This document shows positions 9,567-19,066 of a stretch of DNA of 56,247 nucleotides, one piece after another; the stretch's first letter is position 1, and every line of letters starts with the position of its first letter. Both the position numbers and the translations under genes were made by a program. The notes beneath the pieces were generated by a model. It was not told where the DNA came from and made no database searches. It saw nothing but the letters and a program-made list of their open reading frames with translations. Origin of the DNA: a virus (taxonomy: Duplodnaviria; Caudoviricetes); IMG/VR virus record IMGVR_UViG_3300020533_000001, positions 1-56,247 of that record; one strand, given 5' to 3'.

Positions 9567-9938
9567 ATGGAAACACAAATTTTATCTCTTGCAGAGTGGC
9601 TGGAAGAGAACAACTTGACACACGAAGAGTTTGCGCTTATGTGCGGCTGTACTCGCGCTGCCGTGACCCGGTGGGCCAGTGGTTCCAGAGCGCCATCGCC
9701 TAAGTGGTTGAAGGTTATTGAGCGCAAGACCAAGGGTCAAGTGGGTATAGCGATAGAAGGCCGTTTAACCGAGGGAGAACGCATCTATTTAAGCCTTCGG
9801 AAACAGGGGCTTACGCTATCTGCTGCGGCGAAAAAGATACGCATTCATCGCAATACTTTGGCTCGTTTTGTGAGCGGCCAAACAGATACGCCGTCAAACA
9901 TTGTTGAACGTATATATAAGGTAGCGGGGTTGAAATGA
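9567..9938 (+). CDS. XRE/Cro-like regulator with two HTH domains
   Basis: LTHEEFALMCGCTRAAVTRWASGSRAP and LTLSAAAKKIRIHRNTLARFVSG. Confidence 0.85.
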   Translation: METQILSLAEWLEENNLTHEEFALMCGCTRAAVTRWASGSRAPSPKWLKVIERKTKGQVGIAIEGRLTEGERIYLSLRKQGLTLSAAAKKIRIHRNTLARFVSGQTDTPSNIVERIYKVAGLK

Positions 9939-10309
9939 TTGACTTAGTGATTCATGGGAAGCCTGTGGGCAAGGCTCGTCCCCGATTTAGCCGTCGCGGA
10001 AATAAAGTCGTGACGTTTACGCCGAGAGAAACGCAGATTTACGAACAAAACGTAAAGTCTTTGGCTCAGGTTGCGATGATCGGTAAGGCCATGCTAGAAG
10101 GGCCAGTCAAAGTCACTATTACAGCGTACTTTGCACACAAGAAAAAAACGGGGTGGCACATCTCTCGTCCTGACATTGATAACGTCGTCAAGGCGATTCT
10201 GGATGGGCTAAATGGCGTTGTCTTTGCTGATGACGCAGTGGTAGCACAGCTCGTTGCCTCAAAGCATTACGGCGAGGAGCGGGTAGAGGTTCAAGTAGAA
10301 AATGTCTGA
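9935..10309 (+). CDS. rusA: RusA-family Holliday junction resolvase
   Basis: GKPVGKARPR, PDIDNVVKAILDGLNG..DD. Confidence 0.9.
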   Translation: MIDLVIHGKPVGKARPRFSRRGNKVVTFTPRETQIYEQNVKSLAQVAMIGKAMLEGPVKVTITAYFAHKKKTGWHISRPDIDNVVKAILDGLNGVVFADDAVVAQLVASKHYGEERVEVQVENV

Positions 10310-12542
10310 CAATTACGTAGAAAAATACGGCGAGAAGCTCGTCGATGGCGGCTATCGCATCATTCCAATTATGCCGGGTACAAAGCGCCCCGGTCGTTGG
10401 GATGGCGAAAAGTGGGGTGAGCTTTCACGCTGGACTGAGATGAATGCCCAGCAAGTCCATGTCGATTTGTGGTCTAAGTGGCCCGGTTGCGGCATCGGCA
10501 TTCTGACCGGTGAAGTGGTCGCGATTGATATCGACATTCTGGATGAGTCGATTGCCGTTGCCATCGGGGAGATTTTCCAAAAGAAGCTCGGTCGAACCGA
10601 TCTGATACGAATCGGCAAGTCACCCAAGGCACTTTACCTTTACCGGACATTGGAGCCTTTTACCAAAATTTCTCTGCACCCGATTGAGGTGCTGGGTCAA
10701 GGTCAGCAATTCGTTGCATACGCTACGCATCCCGAAACCGGCAAGCCCTACAGTTGGCCGCTGGAATCGCCTCACCAGATGCCCGTAGAGTCGTTGCCGA
10801 TTGTAACCCGTGAACAGGTCATGGAGGCTGCGGAAGAGGCTTACAAGGCGCTCCCGCCGTCAATGCGACGTACTCGGCTCGTCACTACGGTTATCCCCGA
10901 CAAAGACGCTAAGACTTCGTATGACGGTCTGGTGGGTACACTCGCTGCCGTTGAGGATGCGCTCAAGTTCATTCCGAATCCCGACCTTTCGTGGGATGAC
11001 TGGAACCGTATCGGCATGGCGATTTATTGCGCTACGGAAGCCAAGGGTCTACATATCTTCGACCAGTGGTCACGCGCATCTGGCAAGTACAACAGCAGCG
11101 AAACAACTCAGCGTTGGGAGCATTACAGCAAATCGCCGCCTTCCAAGATTGGTGCAGGTACTCTGTACTATCACGCACAGAAGAATGGCTGGCTCCCACC
11201 GCCGCACTTGGATTTGAATCCCATCAAGCCCGTTAAGATTGATCTGACTGGACTCAAAGAACCTAAGCGACTACCGAAGAGCACCAAGGAAAATTTCCCG
11301 AATGACTGGTTCACTAGCCCGTCATTGGTAGGGCGAGTCGTTCGCTGGATCAATTCAACGTCGCAGCAACCCCAGCCGACTTTCGCGCTGATGAATACGC
11401 TCTGCATGTTCGGGGCTATGTTCGGGCGACGGTACGCCATGGCGCATCTCAATACACGCTGCAACCTGTTTGCTATTGCCGTGGCTAAGCCCGGTGCGGG
11501 TAAGGATCACAGTCGCCAGCGCGTGAAGGAGCTTATGGCTGCGGCAGGATTGCACCAGTTGATCTGCGGTGATCGCTTCAGCTCCGGCGTGGCCATCTTG
11601 CGAACGCTGTTTGAGTTTCAGTCGCGCATCTCGCACTTAGATGAAATGGGCTTATATCTTCAAAGCCTGACTGCCAAGAACGCAGCGAGTCACCAGCGAG
11701 ACATCATCAAGACATTGCTTGAGGTGTACTCCAGCAGCAGCGGCATGTATCACGGCCAAGAGTACGCAGACTCGACCAACCGCGTTCGCCTCGACATCAA
11801 CCAGCCTAACTTCAACTTCTTCGGCACTACGACTCCGAGAACCCTGATCCCCGCGTTGAACTTCGACATGGTGGATAACGGTACGCTGAGCCGTATCTTG
11901 ATGGTTCCACCGTTTGAGGATTATCCAGACACGCAGATTCCGCAGATGACACCGCCGCCTGAAGACATCGTGAAAGACATGATGGACTCTTACAACGTCG
12001 TGCCTGCGGGTGTTGGCAATCTCACCAACATGCCATCGCTCCCCAACTCTCCGGTCGTGCCCATGATCGTGCACTGGGAAGAAGCCGCGTTTGAAGAGTA
12101 CAAGCTCGTCCGAGAATGGCAGGTCAAGCAGTCCCGTGGCGACGATGCTCTCTGGGTGCGCTACGGTGAAATTACGGTCAAGCTCGCCATGATCGAAGCC
12201 ATTGCGCGTGATCCCATCTCGCCTACGGTGACGTTTGAAGTCTTTAAGATGGCGAATGATTTGGCTCGTTGGTCGTTCAACTACACCGCTGACTTGCTGG
12301 TTCGGGAAGTGGCTGAGAACGAAATCGAAGCCTCGCACAAGCGCGTCCTGAACTTTATCCGCAAGCAAGGGGAACTCGGAGCCAGTAGCACCCAGCTCGC
12401 TAAGTCGCTCCAAGGCATGAAGGCTCGGGATCGAAACGAAATCCTACAAACGCTTTTGGAGTCGGGCGACATCGTAGAGGATGTCATCAAGAAGGATGGT
12501 CCGGGTCGGGATCGCCGCGTCTACAAGATCAGAGGGAAGTGA
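10302..12542 (+). CDS. Bifunctional primase-polymerase with PriCT-2 and C-terminal P-loop domain
   Basis: PIMPGTKRP, AIDID, WNRIGMA..FDQWS..SGKY, AKPGAGKD, DEMG. Confidence 0.88.
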   Translation: MSDNYVEKYGEKLVDGGYRIIPIMPGTKRPGRWDGEKWGELSRWTEMNAQQVHVDLWSKWPGCGIGILTGEVVAIDIDILDESIAVAIGEIFQKKLGRTDLIRIGKSPKALYLYRTLEPFTKISLHPIEVLGQGQQFVAYATHPETGKPYSWPLESPHQMPVESLPIVTREQVMEAAEEAYKALPPSMRRTRLVTTVIPDKDAKTSYDGLVGTLAAVEDALKFIPNPDLSWDDWNRIGMAIYCATEAKGLHIFDQWSRASGKYNSSETTQRWEHYSKSPPSKIGAGTLYYHAQKNGWLPPPHLDLNPIKPVKIDLTGLKEPKRLPKSTKENFPNDWFTSPSLVGRVVRWINSTSQQPQPTFALMNTLCMFGAMFGRRYAMAHLNTRCNLFAIAVAKPGAGKDHSRQRVKELMAAAGLHQLICGDRFSSGVAILRTLFEFQSRISHLDEMGLYLQSLTAKNAASHQRDIIKTLLEVYSSSSGMYHGQEYADSTNRVRLDINQPNFNFFGTTTPRTLIPALNFDMVDNGTLSRILMVPPFEDYPDTQIPQMTPPPEDIVKDMMDSYNVVPAGVGNLTNMPSLPNSPVVPMIVHWEEAAFEEYKLVREWQVKQSRGDDALWVRYGEITVKLAMIEAIARDPISPTVTFEVFKMANDLARWSFNYTADLLVREVAENEIEASHKRVLNFIRKQGELGASSTQLAKSLQGMKARDRNEILQTLLESGDIVEDVIKKDGPGRDRRVYKIRGK

Positions 12543-12584
12543 AAAAAATGCCCCGGCGGAGCAAGAGCTACAACACCGGGGCCA
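12542..12584 (-). terminator. Rho-independent terminator between convergent operons
   Basis: GCCCCGG/CCGGGGC stem next to an A7 run (U tract on minus); second hairpin at 12611-12629. Confidence 0.6.
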
Positions 12585-12619
12585 AGTCTCTAGGAGAATA
12601 GAGATAGCACGGGGGGATC

Positions 12620-12838
12620 TTACCCCCTCGGATCTTTTCCTGCAAGCCATGAGACGTACCAGAGGGTTTTACGGGCGTCTTGCTCTACGGCGTCCTTATG
12701 GCCAAGCCGCCACAGATAGGCAATCGCTGTCCCCTTCAGGAACCCCCGCCACTCATCCTCGGTCAAGGCAGACTTAATGGCGTCGATAGCCTCAATCTCA
12801 CCCTTCTTGTAATGGTTCGGGTTTATCGGATCGCTCAT
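12620..12838 (-). CDS. DUF3310 (SaV-like) protein
   Basis: DPINPNHY..GEIEAIDAI..GFLKG..Y.WR..HK..D..K..WY. Confidence 0.85.
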   Translation of the reverse strand: MSDPINPNHYKKGEIEAIDAIKSALTEDEWRGFLKGTAIAYLWRLGHKDAVEQDARKTLWYVSWLAGKDPRG

Positions 12839-13001
12839 CGGATTTTCCTTTCTTTTTGGCCTTTCGTTTGGCGTGGCTAAGTTTTGCCATTCGCTGGTAA
12901 TGCTCTCTAGATCTTCGCTTCTTATCGCCTGTAGCAGAGCTTCCGCCTCGGCTTCCGATAGACGCCAAGTATTCTCGGATTGCATCTTTATCCCCTTCCA
13001 T
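12798..13001 (-). CDS. Small basic hypothetical protein
   Basis: YLASIGSRGG motif; K/R rich. Confidence 0.65.
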   Translation of the reverse strand: MEGDKDAIREYLASIGSRGGSSATGDKKRRSREHYQRMAKLSHAKRKAKKKGKSDERSDKPEPLQEG

Positions 13002-13197
13002 TTCTTAATAACTCCAACTCAGTCTTCAAAAGATTTAATTCCATTTGGATGACCTTGTGCTCATCCCAGAGTCCGGCCTTGTGGACGTTGTTCAAAGCAA
13101 CCTCAACCTTTTTGGCTTGGCTTTGACCGTAGCCCCATGGCGCGGCTCGTAGTTCTTCTGCCCATGCTCCGGGCGGGGATTCTCTATCTATTGTCAT
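12988..13197 (-). CDS. Hypothetical protein
   Basis: 69-aa ORF packed in the operon. Confidence 0.65.
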   Translation of the reverse strand: MTIDRESPPGAWAEELRAAPWGYGQSQAKKVEVALNNVHKAGLWDEHKVIQMELNLLKTELELLRNGRG

Positions 13198-14563
13198 GGA
13201 TCATTCCCTCCACCACTTTTGTGACTTGTTCGATGACGTTATCCCAAGGTGCAATCATGTTGTCCCTCGGGAAGACTCGGATGCTGGGATACCACAGGCT
13301 CCGGTCGCCATCTTTGTTACCCCAGTACCAGAGCTTATTCGCATCCATCAACAGCACCGGTCGTCCCAGCGCCCCGGCCAGATGCACAGTCGAGCTACTG
13401 ATAGCTACGATTACATCGCACATCTGACACAGCGCAGCGAGGCCGTCGATGTCTTTGTATAGATCCACCGAAGTCGTGACGATGTTTGTGCCGTGCTGCT
13501 GGTTGAAATAATCGACCGCCTTTTTGTCGCTGCCGTATTGCAGGTTCACTAGGTTCACATCCTGCTTCATGATCGGCAGGAGCTGCTCAAGGTTGACGCT
13601 CTTATGAGGTCCGATCTTGATGGCTGCGCTCACCCACGATAGACCCACAGTCAACTTGTTCGGGTCGAGTCCTGCTTCTTCGCGATACTTCTTCACCAAC
13701 TCCGGGTCGGCCTGCAAGAAGTTCCGCGCTGCGTACTTCTGGATGTCGTCCTTCTCGTTGATGAACGACCAGCCCACACTCGCGAACGGAATCTGTTCCT
13801 CGTGCAGCGCAGCCGGTACCTGATCGCTGTTGGCGATGAAGTCAATGTCCGGCATCGAAGTCTTGAAGATCTTGATCAAGCGCGGGTCAACCATCGCGGT
13901 GACCTTATCGGTTCGCTGCCGGATAGCGGGTAACAGAGAGCCATAAATGATCTGATCACCGATGCCCTGCTCGCCCCACACCAACACAGACTTGGCTTTG
14001 GACTCCAAACTCCATTGCGGTTTCTGGGTTACGAGACGGCGGCTCTTGAACCGGTCGCTCCGCCAGCGCGTTTCATACAACGGCCAGCCTTCTTTGAACT
14101 CGTTCTGTTGCAGTAGAAGTAACCCGAGAATCCACTGTGCGTTCGGATCGTTAGGTTCAATCTCGTTTGCTTTGCGGAAGTTCTCCAGCGCCTCGTCCCA
14201 CCGTCGCATCTCCCAACTGGCTGCACCTCGCTGGATGTATGCATGTAGATAGTCCTGTTTGATCTTAAGCGCAGCCGTGAAGTCTTCGATGCCAGCGTCA
14301 TACTTCTGCTGCTCGCTCTTCACGATGCCACGATTCACCAGATCATCTGCCGTGAGTTTGCCGCGCTTCTCGGCTGCGTTGTAATACTGCTCCGCTCCCG
14401 CAAAGTCCCGCTGGATCTGTAACAGTCGAGCCTTCGCCCGGTACGCTACGATGTCCTTTGGGAACAGAGTGATCGCGTAGTTGCAGAGATCCATCGCCTC
14501 GGCGTACTTGCCAGCTTGGAACTGCTCTTCGATTCTCTTGATGACTTTTTGGTACTTGTTCAT
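13184..14563 (-). CDS. TPR-repeat protein fused to GT-B (GT9-like) glycosyltransferase
   Basis: N-terminal TPRs; EQGIGDQI, VGLSW, NLQYG, SSTVHLAGALGRP, SLWYPS; ATGA overlap start. Confidence 0.85.
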   Translation of the reverse strand: MNKYQKVIKRIEEQFQAGKYAEAMDLCNYAITLFPKDIVAYRAKARLLQIQRDFAGAEQYYNAAEKRGKLTADDLVNRGIVKSEQQKYDAGIEDFTAALKIKQDYLHAYIQRGAASWEMRRWDEALENFRKANEIEPNDPNAQWILGLLLLQQNEFKEGWPLYETRWRSDRFKSRRLVTQKPQWSLESKAKSVLVWGEQGIGDQIIYGSLLPAIRQRTDKVTAMVDPRLIKIFKTSMPDIDFIANSDQVPAALHEEQIPFASVGWSFINEKDDIQKYAARNFLQADPELVKKYREEAGLDPNKLTVGLSWVSAAIKIGPHKSVNLEQLLPIMKQDVNLVNLQYGSDKKAVDYFNQQHGTNIVTTSVDLYKDIDGLAALCQMCDVIVAISSSTVHLAGALGRPVLLMDANKLWYWGNKDGDRSLWYPSIRVFPRDNMIAPWDNVIEQVTKVVEGMIHDNR

Positions 14564-15231
14564 ATCGTCGATGCCACGGCCATCCATTCCTTGCCGTACT
14601 CCACATGAGTCCAATCCTGAAACCACGGACCACCTCGGGTCATGTGTACTGCTATCGGATTGGGGCAGTCGTTCTTGGTGTACCAACCTTCTAAGTAGTT
14701 ATATGCAATCGGCAAGTGTCCGATCACATCGTCAGATAACCACTCAAACCGGTGAAGATAACTCGGCGTCGCGATGTTCACAATCTCTGGCGTTAAGCGT
14801 TTAACTTGTTCATGCTCACAGTTCAGGAACATGAAACTAGACCAGTTCTTTCGGGGGTAAACGTGTTGCGCTTGGTTGTTCATTTTGACCGTTTCGGTAG
14901 GCCGGTAATCGTGCGGTACTACGAAGCACGCTTTTGCCCCGTCGGCGTAGTCAAGCAGAGTCGCGATGTCCCCCCGGAAAAGAAAATCGCAGTCTACAAA
15001 GACTGCCCAGCCGGTGTACCCCGCGAGGTGTGGAGTAAGAAACCGCGTGAGGCTGAACTCCGTAGACGCGAGCGTATCGACCCCACGCCAATAGATACCC
15101 TGCTCGCGCAGATCGTTTTGCTTTATGGGGGTGATGTCGAGCGGGACTGAAGTGTGAAGCTCAAGCGACTTCTTGCATACCTCATACGCTGCCTCTTCGC
15201 GGCTGTCCCAGCCAATAAAGACTTTAAGCAT
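14560..15231 (-). CDS. GT-A glycosyltransferase (GT8/CDI-like)
   Basis: VFIGWDSRE, STEFSLTRFL, DCD, YPRKNWSS, H.T.GGPWF. Confidence 0.87.
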   Translation of the reverse strand: MLKVFIGWDSREEAAYEVCKKSLELHTSVPLDITPIKQNDLREQGIYWRGVDTLASTEFSLTRFLTPHLAGYTGWAVFVDCDFLFRGDIATLLDYADGAKACFVVPHDYRPTETVKMNNQAQHVYPRKNWSSFMFLNCEHEQVKRLTPEIVNIATPSYLHRFEWLSDDVIGHLPIAYNYLEGWYTKNDCPNPIAVHMTRGGPWFQDWTHVEYGKEWMAVASTI

Positions 15232-15895
15232 TGAGGAATGCCTCCTTACGAGCGGGTCCTTTGAAGTGCAGAATCTTGGGTACGTGTCCCCCAATAACAC
15301 GCTCCGGTAGACAGGCATATTCGCTCTCCTCCATCTCGCCAACGAGGTGCGTATATAGCATGTGCGAGTAGACCTTGAGCGCCTCCTGATCTCCGTACCA
15401 CGAGCGCAGATTCTGATCCATGAATCCCATCAGGATCGCCATGCACTTCCACGCATGGTAGTTGCTCGTGATCGTCGCGCAGCCGAGATAGGGGTACAGC
15501 GTACCAAGCGGGATGTTGTGGTATTTCTTAAACACCCCACCTCGTTGCTCGCCGTTGAATCCCATATCACGATCAAACGATCTGCGACAGAAGATCACTT
15601 CTTTGTTACCCAGAATCGCCTCTGGGTTAACCGGTAGAACGAACAGCATGTCGGTGTCGATATACATAGCAGGCTTTGTTAGCCGTGCCTCTGCAAATGC
15701 GCGGGTACGCCAGTACATGATCTGCGCGGGATCGCCTTTAGAGTATTTGTACTCGTCCACGCCCTCGACCTTCGGGGTGGCGTCATCCGTACACATGATG
15801 ACTTCGGCATCGGGCATTACATCTTTTAATGAAGCCACCATCTTGGTCGGGAAGGTAACGTCTGCTCCGACATGAAAGAAAACGAACCGGCTCAT
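15224..15895 (-). CDS. Putative GT-A glycosyltransferase
   Basis: YIDTDML (DxD), WYGDQEAL, ILHFKG. Confidence 0.78.
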   Translation of the reverse strand: MSRFVFFHVGADVTFPTKMVASLKDVMPDAEVIMCTDDATPKVEGVDEYKYSKGDPAQIMYWRTRAFAEARLTKPAMYIDTDMLFVLPVNPEAILGNKEVIFCRRSFDRDMGFNGEQRGGVFKKYHNIPLGTLYPYLGCATITSNYHAWKCMAILMGFMDQNLRSWYGDQEALKVYSHMLYTHLVGEMEESEYACLPERVIGGHVPKILHFKGPARKEAFLNA

Positions 15896-16071
15896 TGCTC
15901 CTCTCGCTCCTTCAGCATGGCGTCGGCTACTCGGTAAGCATCTCGCGCAAGGCTATAGATGTTCGGGTGCGCCCCGTCTTGATGCCCCGCAAGGATTCCC
16001 TGAACAGCGGCTGCTGCAAAGTAATCCCGCAACTCCATACCGTAGGCTGCGCTATCGTCCTTCTTACTCAT
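15892..16071 (-). CDS. RDYFAA-family small phage protein (59 aa, not in ORF track)
   Basis: GMELRDYFAAAAVQGILA..AYRVADAML; ATGA overlaps at both ends. Confidence 0.8.
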   Translation of the reverse strand: MSKKDDSAAYGMELRDYFAAAAVQGILAGHQDGAHPNIYSLARDAYRVADAMLKEREEQ

Positions 16072-16373
16072 ACTTCCTCTCCTAGCGGATCTTTCAATAC
16101 GATGACGGCTGATGCAGCAGAGACATCCTTGTACTTCAAGAGTGCCTGCGCTGCCTGTTCTAGTGTCTGCTGGCGGATCAAGACCGCGAGCTTGCAGATA
16201 ATCTGCGCGTTGTTCTTCGGACCACCTTCTGGAGTCTGATCAAACTCTTTAGCAGTCTTTTCAACGAACTCCCAGTTGAAAACATCCAGCGTTCCTTTTG
16301 GTCCGATCTTGCACCAAGTCTCTTCGTCAGTCTTGGTCTTTGGCGGATCAAGATAATCAAACTCTTCGCTCAT
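16068..16373 (-). CDS. Hypothetical protein
   Basis: ATGA-coupled ORF. Confidence 0.7.
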   Translation of the reverse strand: MSEEFDYLDPPKTKTDEETWCKIGPKGTLDVFNWEFVEKTAKEFDQTPEGGPKNNAQIICKLAVLIRQQTLEQAAQALLKYKDVSAASAVIVLKDPLGEEV

Positions 16374-17083
16374 ACTTCACCTTTGCGAATGACTAAAAGT
16401 TGAGGGTAGTAACTAAACTCTGCAATCTGTCCACGCGCATCAACGATCCGCATGATCTGATCCATAAACGACATCACCGTTTCGCGACTGTTGACTGCTT
16501 GCGCGTCGAAGTATTGACGGAACTGGTTGGTGTAGGCGTCGTTGTAAGTACACTTCAAATCTTCGATGACGTAATACCCGCCGGGTCGGATTTGATCCCA
16601 CACGTTCCCAAACATCTCGACCATCTGTTCAGAAATGTGGCTCGCGTCATCAATGAACAAGTCATACATCGCGTCATCGGGCGGTGCGTTCTTGCACAAG
16701 TCGAGTATATGAATGTCTACGTTCGACAGGTCTTTACACAGGCTCGCGCACTCCTCGCGGATGTCGAAGCCCGTGATGTTCGATGCCGGTAGGTAATGCG
16801 CCCACATGTGGAGTGATGCGCCACACGCTACACCGGCTTCGGCTATCTCGAACACGCACTTGTGCCGGGGCTGTCCCTCGGTGCGGATCATCTCGGCTAC
16901 GATGCGCTCGTATACCTCTGTATAGCAATGCTTTACATTGCCCTTGTCGCTGCCGAATAGATCCGCCAGCCCAGTGAGCGTCATCTCTTTCAGATTCACC
17001 TCGCCCGTGTCGGGGATGTATTCCTCGGGCTTTACAATGTCTAAGTAGCGGCGTACTCCGCCTCGTGCCATTGGATCGTTCAT
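16370..17083 (-). CDS. Class I SAM-dependent methyltransferase (sugar O-methyltransferase-like)
   Basis: GSDKG..H.Y, EAGVACGASL..W, GFDI, IDDASH, PGGYYVIEDL. Confidence 0.82.
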   Translation of the reverse strand: MNDPMARGGVRRYLDIVKPEEYIPDTGEVNLKEMTLTGLADLFGSDKGNVKHCYTEVYERIVAEMIRTEGQPRHKCVFEIAEAGVACGASLHMWAHYLPASNITGFDIREECASLCKDLSNVDIHILDLCKNAPPDDAMYDLFIDDASHISEQMVEMFGNVWDQIRPGGYYVIEDLKCTYNDAYTNQFRQYFDAQAVNSRETVMSFMDQIMRIVDARGQIAEFSYYPQLLVIRKGEV

Positions 17084-17385
17084 GGTTCTACCTCCCACTT
17101 GATGCCGCTTTCTTTTAACATGTCATCAGAACGTGTTAATGATTTGGCTTGCTCGTTAACATGACCCCTCGCACGGATGGCAACGGCGCAGTAAAGCGGG
17201 CCAACATCTGGTAATGATCTAGCGTCCTCACACACCTTCGCACACGCCTCACGCTCGGCTGCGGCAACGAGGGCGGCGAAGCATTCCAGCTGCTCGACTG
17301 TAGTAAACCTAAAATCAAACGGGTTAGGGTTGCTATGCGTGATGATGGCCTCTTGAGCCATCGCGATAATGTCGTCGCGGTTCAT
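17080..17385 (-). CDS. Hypothetical protein (AAAEREACAKVCE family)
   Basis: MNRDDII.MA..FAALVAAAEREACAKVC..AIRARG motif. Confidence 0.75.
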   Translation of the reverse strand: MNRDDIIAMAQEAIITHSNPNPFDFRFTTVEQLECFAALVAAAEREACAKVCEDARSLPDVGPLYCAVAIRARGHVNEQAKSLTRSDDMLKESGIKWEVEP

Positions 17386-17594
17386 AACTTCGCCCCGTAA
17401 TAACGTCCCACCAACTTGAATGCGTCGATGTGCTGCTTCAGTTCAGCCAGATCCGCTGCCTTATCAGAGCTGAATATGTACATCTGCTTCCCTGCCTTGC
17501 GATCCCTGTAATCTCTCTGAAGCGACTTCAAGGTGATCTTTAATTCCGCTGCCGTGATTTCTTCAAGCAAGTCGGAGCTAACTTCAATCTTCAT
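17382..17594 (-). CDS. Hypothetical protein
   Basis: ATGA-coupled ORF. Confidence 0.7.
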   Translation of the reverse strand: MKIEVSSDLLEEITAAELKITLKSLQRDYRDRKAGKQMYIFSSDKAADLAELKQHIDAFKLVGRYYGAKL

Positions 17595-17815
17595 ATCTGC
17601 TCACCTTGCTTCCACAGCACGTAGTCGTACTGCTTGATCCCTCGGCGTATTGCGGTGCCGATAACGGACTGACGGATGCCCCACTCTTGTACGAGATCTT
17701 TGTAGCGCACTCGCTCATTCTCTTCTCTAGCTAACTTCTTGCGCTTCAGTACGATCTTGTACTGCTCAAATGACAGGCGCGGGTTGTAGCGCGAGATCTT
17801 GGTGTATTCGCTCAC
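17591..17815 (-). CDS. Small putative HTH protein
   Basis: RYKDLVQEWGIRQSVIGTAIRRG; GTGA-coupled. Confidence 0.6.
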   Translation of the reverse strand: MSEYTKISRYNPRLSFEQYKIVLKRKKLAREENERVRYKDLVQEWGIRQSVIGTAIRRGIKQYDYVLWKQGEQI

Positions 17816-17997
17816 AACACTCGCCCTGCTGCAAAGCCCAACATCAAGCCCAGAACGAACACCATGATCTCAATAAAGATCATCTCGCCTCGCTCTCTGG
17901 CCTTCTCAATTTCCATGGCGTCAAGCTGTGCCAGTAGTTTGGCAATCTCTTCCATTTGCGCGTCTTTTGAAGTGCGCGGTTTAGTTTCTATTCTCAC
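17812..17997 (-). CDS. Small protein with C-terminal transmembrane helix
   Basis: IFIEIMVFVLGLMLGFAAG; GTG start overlapping an upstream stop. Confidence 0.6.
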   Translation of the reverse strand: MRIETKPRTSKDAQMEEIAKLLAQLDAMEIEKARERGEMIFIEIMVFVLGLMLGFAAGRVL

Positions 17998-18122
17998 CAG
18001 TAGTTCCCTCCGCTGCGTCGGCGTGAGCAAGCCCAGTTCGGCTCCGGGACACTCGCCCATTCTCGGTATGCTTCTGCCTTGCGGCGCTTAATCCAATCTA
18101 GGATCGTGATCCAGATATTCAT
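17994..18122 (-). CDS. Small hypothetical protein (42 aa, not in ORF track)
   Basis: MNIWITILDWIKRRK..GGNYW; GTGA-coupled to the next gene. Confidence 0.5.
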   Translation of the reverse strand: MNIWITILDWIKRRKAEAYREWASVPEPNWACSRRRSGGNYW

Positions 18123-18127
18123 TGCTA

Positions 18128-18481
18128 TCAGTCCTCGCTAGTTCTATTTCTAGTAAGCGTATTTCTCTTTGATGATCTTTTATCCGCTGCCACAGCCAAT
18201 CGACTTTTCGCACTCGGCTTTCGACCAAGCCAACTCTTGGGTCGGGCTGCTCTCCTTCCTGCTTCAACCGCATCACACAACTCCCTTATAAGACGATGAA
18301 CCTTCGCCATCTTGATGCGCTGCTTCTTGGTTTCTAAATACCGTAGCGACTCCTCTACCGTAGTCGGTCGATGCCGCTTTGAGCGCATGAAATGGCACTT
18401 GCCTTTGTGCTCCGTCTGACAGGTCGGGCATAACTCCACCGGCTTCGGCGGTATACCCCAAGACTGTCTAAAGTCACTCAT
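18128..18481 (-). CDS. Basic hypothetical protein with CPTC..H..C motif
   Basis: ORF from MSDFRQ; 3' half overlaps alternative ORF 18088-18276. Confidence 0.5.
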   Translation of the reverse strand: MSDFRQSWGIPPKPVELCPTCQTEHKGKCHFMRSKRHRPTTVEESLRYLETKKQRIKMAKVHRLIRELCDAVEAGRRAARPKSWLGRKPSAKSRLAVAADKRSSKRNTLTRNRTSED

Positions 18482-18653
18482 CAGTCTCCTCACACTCTTC
18501 TTCGTACTCGTCGATGTTCTCGCTGCCACAAGAGGGACACACCTCCTGTTCGAAGTAACTCACGGCATAAGAGCCATGCGCGTCGTAAGCATCCCAAGTT
18601 TCATTTATGTCAGGCTCGTCAAACTTCGTATCGCATCTCAAGCAGGTGAACAT
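18474..18653 (-). CDS. Acidic zinc-ribbon protein
   Basis: CLRC..FDEP..EVCPSCGS; SD GGAGG. Confidence 0.72.
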   Translation of the reverse strand: MFTCLRCDTKFDEPDINETWDAYDAHGSYAVSYFEQEVCPSCGSENIDEYEEECEETDE

Positions 18654-18817
18654 GGCGGCTCCTCCCACAGTTGAATAGAACCGCTGCCGCAGTAGGGACA
18701 CACCTCTTTAATCAGTTCATGGCTACCCAGTTCCTCAGAGAAGTGATGCGTCTCTTTCAACTCACGATACTCAGGCTCGTCAAAGCCCTTCAAACAACTA
18801 CGGCAGCGGTACTTCAT
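18638..18817 (-). CDS. Zinc-ribbon protein, paralog of neighbour
   Basis: CRSC..FDEP..EVCPYCGS. Confidence 0.72.
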   Translation of the reverse strand: MKYRCRSCLKGFDEPEYRELKETHHFSEELGSHELIKEVCPYCGSGSIQLWEEPPCSPA

Positions 18818-18981
18818 GCAAATAACTTCGCTATAAAGTGATTCACCATCCGCAGAGCCGCTTCGCTCTCCGCTGCCATCTGCTTTGCAGTCTCCTGCGC
18901 CGCTTTCTCTAACTGTTCCTGCACCTGTGCATATTCTTGATACGCACGATCTAACTCTTGACTCTCTTGCTCGTTGTCCAT
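18814..18981 (-). CDS. Small coiled-coil protein
   Basis: SD GAGGAGG before MDNEQES. Confidence 0.65.
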   Translation of the reverse strand: MDNEQESQELDRAYQEYAQVQEQLEKAAQETAKQMAAESEAALRMVNHFIAKLFA

Positions 18982-19013
18982 GTGCGTCCCTCCTCGGAAC
19001 ACTATTGGTATAT

Positions 19014-19066
19014 ACAACCGGCTTGCTCAGGTTACGCTCCGCCGATATAAGACGCAACCCCCTTGC
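19014..19066. promoter_or_regulatory. Two RCAA-N5-TTGY operator-like palindromes
   Basis: ACAACCGGCTTGC (19014-19026) and GCAACCCCCTTGC (19054-19066); same motif at 22776 and 25256. Confidence 0.55.

Noticed and set aside
18088-18276. Alternative ORF overlapping 18128-18481
   Set aside because: Looks partly protein-like, but I cannot decide between the frames without homologues; not annotated.
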